From Eledone cirrhosa (lineage: Eukaryota): a DNA stretch of 64,000 bases. The stretch covers positions 93,372,001 to 93,436,000 of the forward strand of contig OZ024741.1 in NCBI GenBank assembly GCA_964016885.1, read 5' to 3'. Both the position numbers and the translations under genes were made by a program. The notes beneath the pieces are model-generated. The model had not been told where the DNA came from, did no database searches, and worked only from the letters and a program-made list of their open reading frames with translations. Shown one piece after another: positions 38,801 through 51,296 of this stretch. The stretch's first letter is position 1, and each line of letters begins with the position of its first letter.

Positions 38801-39052
38801 GTCCTGTCTTCTAGTAAGGATATAATCTATCTGGCTGGTGCGTTCCCCTGATCTATAGGTGATCAAGTGGTTTTCACGTTTTTTGAAGTTTGTGTTACAG
38901 ATAGTTAGGTTATTGGCGTCACAGAATTCCAGGATTCTGAAGCCTTCCTCATTTCTATTTCCAAACTCACAGCCTCCATGGATTCCATCATAGCCATCAC
39001 TATGTTGTCCAACATGGCCGTTTAGATCGCCAGCAATAATTAGGTAGTCGCT
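35849..39052 (-). mobile_element. RTE LINE copy A, 3' portion, with tandemly duplicated 3' tail
   Basis: APE (IAGDLNGHVG, SQIDYIL), RT (DLEKAFDRV, GVHQGSVLSP, YADD), C-terminus to 36556. 3' UTR and (ATG)n tail occur twice (about 35849-36150 and 36166-36472). Confidence 0.92.
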
Positions 39053-42050
39053 TACGCACCCCAATCAGGGCTGTCAGACGAACTTAAGGATAGGTTTTAC
39101 GAGTCCCTAATGCACACTACTGCTCTAACAGACGACAATGACTTCCTAATCATTGCAGGAGATTTTAACGGACACGTAGGTAAACACTGCGATGGCTTCA
39201 ATAGAGTACATGGAGGCCATGGGGTTGGCACAAGGAATGAGGAAGGATTCAGACTTCTAGAATTCTGCGACGCCAATGACATGTCGATATGTAACACAAA
39301 CTTTAAAAAACCCGACAACCACCTGATCACCTATAGATCAGAGGAGCACTCTAGTCAGTTAGATTTTATCTTCATCAGAGGACGTGACAGATGGACGGTC
39401 GTAAACACAAAAGCCTTCCCTAGTGAGGAATGTACATCCCAACATAGCTTAGTTGTCAGCGACCTCACGGTCAGAACTAGACGAACCCAGAAACAGAGGC
39501 CAACCTGGAGAAGAAAGATCTGGAAGCTGAAAGTCCCCTCAACCAGTAACAGATTTAAAGATATTTTACTCAACGCCTACGACAGTAAAGAAGAACAGAT
39601 AGAGACATTTAATGTAGAAGAGAACTGGGAGTTCCTAAAAAATAATTTACTAGAGGCGACGGATGAGGTCTGTGGCTGGAGTAAGACCTCAAGCAGGAGG
39701 AGAGTGACTTGGTGGTGGAACAATAAGGTAGATGAAGCAGTTAAGGCCAAGAGACAGGCATAGAAAGAATGGAAGAACAAGGGGAGCAGGGTACATTACA
39801 TACATAGAGACCAAGAGGGAAGCTAGGCGACAAGTATACTTAGCTAGGAGGGAAGCAGAGGATAGAAAATTCAAGCATGTTTTGCAACGTGAAGACCAGA
39901 AACAGGAGGTATTCAAGATTGCGAGGCAGTTTGTCAGAGATAGTTGTGATGTCATTGGAGAGAAGTGTATCCGGAATGATGAAGGTGAGCTTGCCCTCAC
40001 AAGTGCTGAGAAGAAAGATGCATGGAAGAGTCATTATGATAGATTACTAAATGAGGAGAATGCATGGGAAGAAGAGACCCTACCCCAAGTAGACCCTATA
40101 GAGGGACCAGCAGTACAAGTCAGCAGCAGCGTAGTAAGTAAGGCAATCAAAGATATGAAGATGGGGAAGGCAACCGGTCCATCGGGTATAGCTGCCGAGA
40201 TGCTGAAGGCATCTGGGTCTGTAGGTCACACTATAACCACACGTATCGTTAACCAGGTAATACTAGAAGGTGCCATACCAAAAGATTGGTGCAGTAGCAT
40301 CATTGTCAACTGTTACAAAGGTAAAGGTGATGCACTAGATAGAGGAAACTATAGAGGTATAAAGTTGATGGACCAGGTCATGAAAGTAACAGAAAGAGTT
40401 ATAGCACAGCTGATTAGGGACCGGGTTAAAATAGACGAGATGCAATTTGGGTTTGTACCAGGAAGAGGCACCACTGATGCCCTCTTCCTTGTGAGGCAAT
40501 TACAGGAAAAGTACCTAGCTAAAAGTAAGCCACTCTACTTGGCATTTGTCGACCTTGAGAAAGCCTTTGACAGAGTTCCACATGCTGTAATCTGGTGGGC
40601 TCTTAGAAAACTAGGAGTAGATGAATGGCTTGTGAAAGCGGTACAAGCCATGTATAGGGGAGCAGTCAGCAAAGTTAGGATTAGCAATGAGTATAGCGAG
40701 GAATTTAGCGTACAGGTTGGGGTCCACCAGGGCTCTGTTCTTAGCCCTCTCCTGTTCATCATAGTCATGCAGGCAATAACGGAGGAGTTTAAGACCGGAT
40801 GCCCATGGGAACTCCTGTATGCTGATGACCTCGCACTCATAGCTGAATCTATGGTAGAACTAGAGAATAAATTCCAAACTTGGAAGCAGGGACTAGAAAG
40901 AAAGGGTCTCAAAGTCAACATGACAAAGTCCTTGTAAGTAGACGAGAAAACAGAACCCAGATCCCCTCAGGGAAATGGCCTTGCTCAGTATGTAGGAAAG
41001 GTGTAGGTAGGAACTCCATTCTCTGCCCCAAATGCAAACAATGGGTACACAAGAGATGTAGCGGGATCTCAGGAAGCTTAATTAAGAATGTAGGATTCAC
41101 ATGCAGCAAACAGCCACAGGAAACAAGTACCACCAATCTCTGGGAGGGCCCTGTAGAAACAGTAGACAGCTTCTGCTACCTAGGTGACCGAATTAGCAGC
41201 GGAGGTGGGTGTTCAGAAAGTACAATAACTAGGGTAAGAACGGGATGGAAGAAGTTTAGGGAACTACTACCACTGTTAGCTGCAAAAGCTTCTCCCTCAG
41301 AATGAAAGGCAGACTGTATGATGCGTGTATCCGAACAGCGATGTTGCATGGTAGTGAGACCTGGGCGCTGAAGGTGGAAGACTTACGTAGATTAGAGAGA
41401 AACGAAGCCTGCATGCTCCGATGGATGTGTAACAGTAATATACGTGAACGACAAAGCATAAATGAATTGAGAGAGAGACTGAGCATAAGAGGAATCAAAT
41501 GCTGTGTGTAGGAGAGGCGGTTGCGCTGGTATGGACATGTGATGCGTATGAAGGATGACAGCTGCATAAAAAGGTGCAGAGCACTAGAAGTTGATGGAAA
41601 CCGCGGAGTGGGGAGACCCAAGATGACCTAGGATGAGGTGATAAAAGCCGACCTTACCCAATTGCACCTCTCAAAGACAATGACACACGACCGTGACTTC
41701 TGGCGTCACGCAGTAATACAGAGTACCCGACCTCCCATGGGTACAAGCTGAAGCATATAGACAATATACCCCCACACCCCCCACCGCAAGGTGGTCGTGG
41801 AGGTGCCACGGCAAAAAAGCACCCAGCCCACACTGTAAAGTGGACGTGTAGGCGCCACGAAAAAGCACCCAGCACTCACTGTAAATGAGGTTGGTGTTAG
41901 GAAGGGCATCCAGCTGTAGAAATCAAGCCAAATCAGTTCCTGTATGAGCAAGGCATGGTCAGCCGACCAGAAACTGCCCACAACAGGACAACCCGTCTAA
42001 CCCATGCTAGCGTGGAAGAACGGACGTAAAACGGTGATGATGATGATGAT
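39050..42050 (+). mobile_element. RTE LINE copy B, 5'-truncated, inserted antisense into copy A
   Basis: Starts at AYAPQSG; APE, RT (YADD), PHD-like finger, 3' UTR and (GAT)n tail at 42036-42050. Confidence 0.93.
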
Positions 42051-42600
42051 GTCGGTTATTTGGGAGGTAGTGTGCATTAGCGTCTCATAGAACCTGTCCT
42101 TTATAACGTCAAGTAGACCAGATTGGGGGTGCATAAGCGGATATTACTGTCACAGTAGTTTTATTTAGAACTAGCCTTATTTTAATTATTCTGTCATTTG
42201 CTCTATTTATGTCGATTACCTTATCTACCCATTTTTCAGCTAACATAATTCCTACTCCACCCAGTCCGTTGTCATTTCCCACCCAGAAAAGTTTATAGCA
42301 TCGTTTTTTACCCACGATGAATCTGGCAGACTCCCCTCTCCACCTAGTCTCTTGAATACAACAAACATCAACTTCTTTACGTTGAAGCATCTCTACAACC
42401 TCATTTGAGCGACCTTTTAATGTGCGTACGTTCATGGTACCAACTCTGAAGTTGGGAGGGTAGGATGGATGGGCTATAGGGGCAGGGATGGGTGTGGGAG
42501 ACGAAATTATGTTGGTCATTCGTGTCTGAAATAGAGAGGGGCCTTTGTATTCTCGTCCTGCAGCAGGAGGTGAATTTATCTTTATCTGTGACATCGTCAT
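42051..42600 (-). mobile_element. RTE LINE copy A, 5' portion
   Basis: RVGTMNVRTL...CIQETRWRG...ISAYAP, then KDRFYETLMHTTSQITD, which continues as DYLIIAGDLN at 39049. Confidence 0.9.
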
Positions 42601-42673
42601 TGAATGCTTAGACTTTCCAAATCTCCGCAGTCAACCCATCAAACAGGTCTATATATATATATATACACACATA

Positions 42674-42850
42674 CGAGGATTGACTGAAAAGTTCATAAGG
42701 CTGACCAAATTCCTGGAATGTGAGCCAATGAGTTTTATTTTTCAATTTTTCAATATAGTCCCCCATGTGATCTACACAATTCTTCCATTGGTGTTGCAGC
42801 ACTTGGATCCCATTGGTGAAGAAGCTTTCATCCTGTTGGTCAAATGTTGG
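42674..42850 (-). mobile_element. mariner 3' fragment
   Basis: FFTNGIQVLQHQWKNCVDHMGDYIEK C-terminus and TA|CGAGGATTGACTGAAAAGTTC terminus. Confidence 0.75.
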
Positions 42851-43356
42851 GGAACAAATGATAATCTCCCTGAGAACTACATGAACTCCTGACATATGAT
42901 GATTTAGCAGAAAATATCTAACAACAGTTTTGTTAAATCAAATGTTTCTAGTATGTTTACTAGTGATCAGATCTTTGTGAAAATTTGCAATAAACTAAAG
43001 TAAAGACTTTAATTTTTAATGTAATAGTCAGTGCTGTTTTGTACTTCTCAAGAATGTCTTGCTAATGTGCTTTTGTGTGGTACATGATGTTACTAGTGCA
43101 TATATCTGGAATGCTCAGCTACTTACACATTAATTTCATGAGCGGGTTGTTTTGTTGATCAAACCATTCGAACAGCCATTGTTGAACTGATGGAGGTCCA
43201 ACAACACACACATACGCTCACAAACATACACACATGTGCATCCACACACATACATATTGACACTGGATTCGCAAGGTTTGATTCAATAAAATCTTGCAAG
43301 TCAGGGCAGATATATTTCAACAAGTGGGACATTAATGGTTTAAAGAATCTGTTTAC

Positions 43357-43447
43357 CTATCATTCCTGATTCTTCTATGTCTTCTTTGGTTTTGACAATT
43401 ATTTCTGGCAGATGAGATATCGGTACACACACATCTGTGCAGTATGG
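43357..43447 (-). CDS. LDHD: LDHD exon
   Basis: cttcattttag|[31 protein letters not shown]|gtaaac; 91 nt, phase 0 to 1. Confidence 0.95.
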
Positions 43448-44944
43448 CTAAAATGAAGAACAAATACGTAAGACATTTTCACAGCAGCAGCAATGGTAGT
43501 TGTAGTTGTTGGAGTGGTGGTAGTGGTGGTGGCAATAGTAGTAGTAGTAGTAGCAGTAGCAGCACCATCATCACCACTACCACCACCACCACCAGTAGTA
43601 GTAGTAATTGACTGTCAATTTAGCAGTATTTAGTTTTTTGGGGTCTCTGCATTCTAAGTTCAAATCCTGCTGCAGCCCACTTTCAGGATCAATAAAGAAA
43701 GTACCATCCCAGGGCTGGTACTTTCTTTTGCTCTTCTAGCAGTCACATCCTGGATGTTCCACTGGATCAAGGGAGGGAGAATCTTGAGGGTATCTGTGTC
43801 TACTCAAGACAGCATGGGCACATAGCGAAAGCATAGTACATACTACCAAATCATACTCGATTGTGAGTGATGGCTGTAGATTTTTTTAGTTTTTAATAAT
43901 ATGGTAGTAGTTTCTTATTTAGGCTCAAACACAACAATTTGGTGGAAGGGAATTCAATTAAATAGATTACAGAGCTTGATTGGTACTTTATTTTATTGCA
44001 CCCAGGAGGATGAAAGCAATGTTAACCTCAACTGGATTTGAACTCAGAACATAAAGTATTTTGTCTGATGCTCTAACGATTCTGCCAATCAACTGCCTCA
44101 TTGTTGTTATTGTTATTTTTATTATCATTGTTATTACTATTATTATTATTATTATTATGGCAGTGGATTGGCAGTATCGGTAGAGGGTCGGACGCCATTC
44201 TGAGTTCAAATCCCGCCGAGGTTAACTTTGCCTTTCATCCTTACGGGGTCGATAAAATAAAGTACCAGTAATGCACTGGGTAATTGCTGGCCTTGTGCCA
44301 AAAGTAGAAACAATTATTATTACTACCCCCTTTTCAGAGCTTTGGGTGTTACTGCCAGTTACTTACCACATCAAGCTTAGCATAAGCGTCAATCTTGGAG
44401 AACGACTGGTTCTTCTCTCATTTAATAGAAAAAACTTTTTGAAGAATATGTGCTGTCTCTAAAAGTACTAATTTCTGAAGAGTACTCCCTTCATACTCTA
44501 TGTTGAGTTTTTTTTCAAGTGGTTGTGGAAATCTAGTGGTATTGATCACAAAGCACCAACAATCAAGGGAATGATACATATCTCTTTATTCCACATCCTC
44601 GCTATTTCCATCCTACACTCAAAGTAATTTCACTTTTCTACCAGACTGGTATCCACTGCACTGGCTACATCAATTATTATTGGCAGAGTACAACTGGGAA
44701 AGACCCTAGTAATCAGGGTGAGCATGGCTTTTACAGGGCTTTCTCCACGATTGACCCTCATAGGTCTTTTCTTATTGGAGAATGTTTGTTTGTTTGATTT
44801 TTTAATGCATATTTTTTAGATTTTGTTATAACCTTTTTTTGTACACAAAAAAGAAATCCACACTGTATTGTCCTGTGCCATCTCTTGTTTGCTTAATGTC
44901 AGCCCTGTGTGGCTAATAAAGAAATGATTACTATAATTACTATG

Positions 44945-46150
44945 TTTTTTTTTTATTAGCTATCTGGGGTCACAAATATTAAGGACAATACAAATAAACT
45001 TGGACTGGAGTTTACATGAAACCAGTAAACAGAAAAAACAAAAAGATAAAATAGTAACAACAAAACACTCTAATGGTGGAGGAGGAGGGGGGATTGGGGG
45101 CACACCACCCAGGGATAATTATGGAACCCAACAGATCTAAGATCACTCTGATCACCAAGGGCACCATAGGCAAATGCCCTACTCTCTTCTATTCCTTACA
45201 ATCTATAGATGCATGCTTAGAATAGGCACATTCACTAGGGTCAACCTCATAACATTCACCAAACTTTTAACAAATATACTGGGAGGGCAACACTTCTCTT
45301 TCCACCTTTGATTTCATTTCCATGTAGAACTTGAAAAAGTTGATGAGGGCTTGACTGAAGAGGAATGAGTCTGTCTTCAGTCTTTTCGGTCTTTTCCCCG
45401 ACACAACCTCTTTCGCCAGTCACCAGATAGAGGATGACTACCTAGCTGCCCATTCTGACCAAAAGAATAGCTTAAAAGTACTGATGGGCCAAATTGATCA
45501 GGGACCCACTAAAGCCAGGTTTACTCCCTCCCCTTTCTATGATATATCACATGAAGTAGAGGTTGTTGTCGATAGACCTGGTTAGGATTATGCCTGTCTG
45601 TGCCTTCACGGCCACACTTTCAACAAGCATCAACCTCCTTGATAGTAATTTGGCCAAAATCTTAAACTTTGTGTCGAGGAGAGTTATGGGCTAGAAATAT
45701 TCAATTATGACCCTTTGTGTCATTCTTCAACTGTTCTATCATTCCCTGACAAACGGTTGCAGTAGATGGCTGCTAGGACATGAACAAATAAATCTGGCAT
45801 ATTTGTGTAAAGCTCATAGAGCTGACCATTCAAACCAAATGGTCTGCACCTCGTACAACCACTCAGGACCAACTGTTTTTCAGCTGTAGTTATCAACTTT
45901 TCAAAGCACTTTGCATCTTCTGTCAAGAGTCACAGCAGACTGTTGAGGCCACTACCACTTCCATCCCTCCATCCAATCCACACAGCTGCACAAAGTATTG
46001 TAAGAAAGCCACACACATCTGCTTGTGACTTTGTTTCCACACTGTGCCTCAATCACTTGGACCCATCATTCACTCATCTCATACAGTATGTACCTTAGCT
46101 CTGACAATGAAGAAATGGTTTAGGGCCATTCTCACAGCTAGCACATTGGT
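44945..46150 (-). mobile_element. Degenerate, internally deleted Tx1/L1 LINE
   Basis: Minus-strand PITLLDTKFKILAKLL (about 45640-45690) and polyA signal GCTAATAAAA at about 44950. A second Tx1 3' end lies tail-to-tail on + (about 44760-44924). Confidence 0.65.
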
Positions 46151-46573
46151 TGTGAAGCCATTCCTAATCACCTTTTATAGCTTAATAATAAACTCTTGCT
46201 TTATTATATTTTTTATATTGCTATAGTGACAGTATGCAATGAAAATAATGATAATAATAATAATAATGTTTAAATATAAAGACCTTTAGATTGAGATCAA
46301 TGGAATGTAGAACATGACCACCCAAACAATACTAGTGATTATCAGAAGACTGGTTAATCAAAAAGAGACTGGGAAAATTCAATAAGAAAATCCCAGGAAA
46401 CATCACCCTAAAGGAATGAGGAAAAAATATTATCCTTGAGACAGCAAATATACTATGGAGGCTGCTGTCATCAGTGTAACAATACTTTGTATACCCTCAG
46501 GACCATGGTTTGAACCCAGTGACACAAAATGAAAACAAAATATTCTACGAAATATTAATAATAATAAATTTAC

Positions 46574-46701
46574 CTTAGAGCCAGGTCGAAGAGCTGTGCA
46601 TGCATACAACATGTCATGCCGAGCTCTCCATAACTTGTTTCTTTCATCCCTGTCTGTTGCCCATGTAAATTCAGAACCTTCATTAGAGCTGGCAATTTCT
46701 C
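46574..46701 (-). CDS. LDHD: LDHD exon
   Basis: ctttcaaaag|GA-EIASSNEGSEFTWATDRDERNKLWRARHDMLYACTALRPGSK|gtaaat; 128 nt, phase 1 to 0; LWxARH motif. Confidence 0.95.
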
Positions 46702-47006
46702 CTTTTGAAAGATTAGAGAGAGAAAATAAGAACAAAACCAAGATATGATAAGTGAAAGATAATCTAAACTGACATTGATATGAGGCTTCAACATTACAAT
46801 ACAATAACAATAAGCATTTTAACATTTAACATCCTGTACTTCATGACACCATAATGACTACATCACATTAAAAATGAAAATCTTTACTTAAATGGAGCAA
46901 ATTTTCACAATAATCTATCTACCAGTAAAGAAAATATAAACATTTGAATTAACAAAGCAACTTTTCAATATTTTCTGCAAAATCATTACAGGGTGTTAAG
47001 AGTTAA

Positions 47007-47108
47007 CCCTTTAGCATTTAAACTGGCCATATCCATCTAGAATTCTCTCATAACACTCATGTTAAGGTATTGTTCTCAAAATAAATAATATTAAAATCTT
47101 GTATATTT
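47007..47108 (+). mobile_element. piggyBac-derived MITE interrupted by the Gypsy element
   Basis: TTAA|CCCTTTAGCATTTAAACTGGCC; reverse-complement match to 18591-18745; resumes after 51054 (GATATTATGTGAG). Confidence 0.7.
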
Positions 47109-47507
47109 TGTGGGTATGGTGTGGTGTGCGGTGGCCGGAAGCTGGGGAGTGCTCGACCGGAAGAGTGCTTGACCGGAAGGGTGCTTGGCCGGAAGGGTGC
47201 TCGACCGGAAGGGCCAGCAGATCGGTCTCTCTCTAGTGGTGACCAGGAACGGTGTGGACGCGAGTTTTGGCAGCTCCCGGGTGTTAACGAGTTGGATGCA
47301 CGTGGAAGAGAAGAAACCAGCCATGGGATTTAGCGGCGCCTATGAAAAGCAGTAAGTGAGATAGCTTTTTCTAACCACAAGCTATTTCGGCACTGGAAAC
47401 TGAGATCTGATTGAAAAAAGAAAAAAAAAAAAAAACTTTCTCGAAAACAAAGCTACAGAGAGGAGTCTGTTGTTTTTTTTATTACGTACCACAAGACAAA
47501 TTAGGAT

Positions 47508-48268
47508 ATGGCGACGAGACTACGAATGAACGAAGCGATTAGGGCATTTACCGGTGAAGGCAATGTTGTCGCTTGGCTGCGAAAAGTCCGGCTGGTCGCA
47601 AGCTTACAGAAGATAGAAGATGTGGCTGGCCTCATGGCACTGTACCTCGAGGGGTACGCGTTGGTACTCTTCCTTGAGTTGGATGAACACAGCCAAAGGG
47701 ATGGCCAAAATATTGAGAGGCGCATGATGGAAGCGTTCGCGGAGGGACCGTTAGCCGCTTTTGCTAAGCTGGCTAGAATTAGATGGAATGGTGAACGCGT
47801 TGACATTTTCGCAGCGGAAATACGGCAATTGGCCATGTTGGCTGGATATCAGGCGGAATGCGAACGCACGGTGCGGTTGGTGTTCATAAATGGATTTCCA
47901 GACAACATAGCGGTGAAACTGCAGCAAGTCCCGGGTTACAAAGAAATGGAGATGTGTTCACTGGTGGAACAAGTCCGTATCATAGCAGAAGATCCCAAGA
48001 AGAGTGTCGCGGCGATAGCAACTACAGAGGCTAAAGACAGCTGGCAGCGAAATGGTAAAACGGAGGCAACGCGGCATGCAGTCGCCCGCGAACGTTTAGA
48101 GGTCGCTGTTTTAGGTGCCAGGGTGCGCACATGGCGAGAGACTGTAGAGAGTCAAGGCTGGAAATAATATGCTACCGGTGTAAGCGACCAGGCCACATCG
48201 CTACTAACTGCGACCAGGGAAACGATCCAAGGGGAACTACTGCACTGGTAGTTGCCCCTTACGAGTAG
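47508..48268 (+). pseudogene. Gypsy gag with two zinc knuckles
   Basis: ORF 47508-48167 plus, after a frameshift near 48090, CFRCQGAHMARDC and CYRCKRPGHIATNC, ending TAG 48266-48268. Confidence 0.85.
48217..48260 (+). promoter_or_regulatory. -1 programmed ribosomal frameshift signal (gag-pol)
   Basis: G-GGA-AAC in gag phase (48217-48223), 5-nt spacer, stem AAGGGGAACTAC/GTAGTTGCCCCTT. The -1 frame is open into the protease. Confidence 0.85.
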
Positions 48269-48279
48269 AGGCGCTGCCC

Positions 48280-50778
48280 GTGGTGGAAGTTTTTGTGAGG
48301 GGAAAGCCACAGCGAGCCCTCGTGAACACGGGCTGTACGACGACACTGGTGACTGCGGGGGTGACGCAGAGGTGGAGAGGGAAGAGCAGCGTAAGGGCAG
48401 TCGACGGCAGGAAAATTGAATGCCGAGGTCGCAGCGAGGTGGAGATGGCGGTACGGGGAAGGAAAATAAGGCTGTCTGCCATCGTAGTTGACAACGTGGT
48501 GGATGGGATCGGCATGGTTATGGGCATGGACGCAATTGGCCGTCTAGGAGGCGTCACAGTGAACAACGTCGGTGTGTCGTTTGGCAGCGCTGCATCGGTA
48601 TGCGCTGTGAGTACGCGACAGGAGAACCAGAAGACCCACGAGGAGAAATGCCCCGTTTACACTGTGCAGGACAAAGACTTCAAGGGCGTGTTCGGTGGGC
48701 AGCGATGGGTTGTTGAGTGGTACTGGAAGGGAGAACCACCAACACTGAAGACCAAAGTAGGCTGCTATCAACACACATTGAAGGGAGACATTAGGAGCGA
48801 ATTCGAGCAAGAGGTAGAGAGATGGATTGAGGAGAGCATACTGCTTCCCTGGAAGGAGGAGGTGAAGTGCGGAGTATTGCCGTTAATGGCGGTGGTGCAA
48901 CCCACGAAGAACAAGGTGAGGCTGGTGCTGGACTTTCGGGAGCTGAACGAGTATGTGTCATGCCACATGGGTGGCGAGGTCACGGATGTATATGGGCAAA
49001 CCCTGTGTGAGTGGAAACGCATGACGGGGGGGGGGGGGGGGTTTCAGCAATCGTAGATCTAAAGTCGGCATACTTGCAATTGCATATAGATGAGAAGTTC
49101 TGGCAGTATCAGCTGGTCAGTTATAAGGGCCGTACATATTGCCTGACCAGGCTCGGTTTCGGGCTGAGCTCCGCACCGAAGATCATGGCGGCGGTCCTCA
49201 AGACCATTCTGGGAAAGGCCGACAAGATGAAGAGGGCCACTAACTCCTACATTGACGACATCCTAGTGGATGAGTCTGTGGTGTCGGCAGCGGAGGTCAC
49301 GAGCCATTTACAGGGGTATGGACTGGCTGCGAAGCCGTCAGAAGCGTTGGAGGGAGATCGTGGAGAGGGTGAAGGCCGACGACCCAGTGCGGGGACGCTG
49401 GTATGTTCCCAAATCGCAGAGCGGGACCGTATGGTGCGATGCCAGCAGCATAGCGCTGAGTGTCACGTTGGAGATAGGAGGTGTTGAGGTCGAGGATGCA
49501 GCCTGGCTTAGGAAGAAGGATGACTGCAACCACATCAATGTGGCCGAACTGGACGCAGTGTTGAGAGGGGTGAACCTCGCCCTGAAGTGGGGACTGCGCA
49601 CCACCGACTCGGCTACTGTACTCGGATGGGTGAGATCAGTGCTCACCAGTGAGAAGAGAGTGCGAACGAGAGGGGCGGCGGAGATGCTGATAAAGCGCCG
49701 CCTGGGAACTTTAGGAGAGCTGGCCACCGAGTTCGACCTGAGGCTGAGCGTAGTTTTCTTGCCCTCAGAGAAAAATAGGGCGGACGTCTTAACCAGGGTG
49801 AAGAAAGCCTGGATGGAAGCGCCGGAGGAGGTTTAAGATGAGATAGCTGCCGTGTGTCGGCTGACCGAGTCGGATCTGAAAGGGTTGCATGACATGCACC
49901 ACATGGGAGTGGATAGGACCCTGTTCCTAGCCAGGAGAATCGACTCGGACGTTAACAGACACAGTTTTCAAAGGGTGGTTAGAGGCTGCGTCCGATGTCA
50001 GTCTATCGATCCCACCTCTAGAAGTCTCCCGGTGGATCGCGACTGGAAGTTATTGGCGGTGGATGTAACGCACTACTGACAGGGAACGTACCTCTCAATG
50101 GTCGACTGTGGACCAGGACGGATGGCGATATGGAGGGAGATGAAGACTGGAACGGCCGAGGAAATCATGCGGACGTTGAGAGAGGTGTTCCTGGAGCAGG
50201 GCCCTGTGGACGAACTGCTGATGGACAACAGCACAGCGTTCCGCTCGGAGGCGCTGAGGGAGATGCTCGATGGATGGAAGGTGGACCGTTTCTTCAGAGC
50301 GGCGCACAGGCCGAGCGGGAATGGAATTGTGGAGCGGGGCCATATCTCACCAATGGAGGCAGTGTTCTGGTACAACATGTCCCCTCGGGTGGGACAGGTT
50401 GAGGAATCGGTGCCACACAGAGCAGTATTCAGATATGAGTGGCAGCACCCGTGCACGCCACCACAACGGCCAGTGGGGAGAGAGAATGCATTCGTGCAGG
50501 TGGGCGAAGAAGTCTGGGTTAAGCCCCCAGATGCACGTTGCACATCTCAATGGGGAAGGGAAACGGTGACGGCCGTAAATTCACAGAACAATGTGTCCGT
50601 GGACGGGGTACTACGTCATGTCCTGGATGTCCGTAGAATCACTGTGTCAACGGACTCCGAGGAAGAGGAAACTCAAAGTGCCGCCACAACACTGCGGAGA
50701 TCGCAAAGAAGTCGCAAACCACCAACCTGGACAGCAGACTTTCATAAGCAGAAGGACGAGGGGGAAATTGATCCTTGA
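48280..50778 (+). pseudogene. Gypsy pol (PR, RT, RNase H, integrase), fragmented
   Basis: ALVNTGC (DTG mutated), RLVLDFRELN, DLKSAYLQ, YIDD, WCDAS, HINVAELDAV, TDS, HHCC motif, AVDVTH / MDNSTAF / NGIVER. Confidence 0.9.
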
Positions 50779-51068
50779 GATCAGAGGGGCGTGTGGGTAT
50801 GGTGTGGTGTGCGGTGGCCGAAAGCTGGAGAGTGCTCGACCGGAAGAGTGCTTGACCGGAAGGGTACTTGGCCGGAAGGGTGCTCGACCAGAAGGGCCAG
50901 CAGATCGGTCTCTCTCTCTCTAGTGGTGACCAGGAACGGTGTGGATGCGGGTGTTAACGAGTTGGACGCACGTGGAAGAGGAGAAACCAGCCATGGGATT
51001 TAGCGGCGCCTATGAAAAGCGGTAAGTGAGATAGCTTTTTCTAACCACATATTTGATATTATGTGAGA

Positions 51069-51140
51069 TAATTATGTAAATGCTAATTATGTAAATGCTA
51101 ATTATGTAAATGCTAATTATGTAAATGCTAATTATGTAAA
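51069..51140 (+). repeat. 15-bp tandem repeat, about 4.7 copies
   Basis: ATTATGTAAATGCTA units. Confidence 0.9.
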
Positions 51141-51296
51141 CGCTGGGAATGCAGGGGTTATCCTTGCAGACCTGATGACAGCCTTCATGTTCATCATGGG
51201 GTCTTTTCTGCAGCAATGTTTTATAGCCAAGTGTCTTTCCTGGCACCAACTCTTTTAATCTCTTCTTACAACATGCAGGAATACAGTGTACTTATT

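Larger units (their letters stand above)
47109..51049 (+). mobile_element. Gypsy-like LTR retrotransposon, structurally complete, coding region disrupted
   Basis: LTRs 47109-47379 and 50792-51049 (TG...CA), TSD TATTT, PPT-like GAGATCAGAGGGGCG, domain order gag-PR-RT-RH-INT. Confidence 0.95.
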
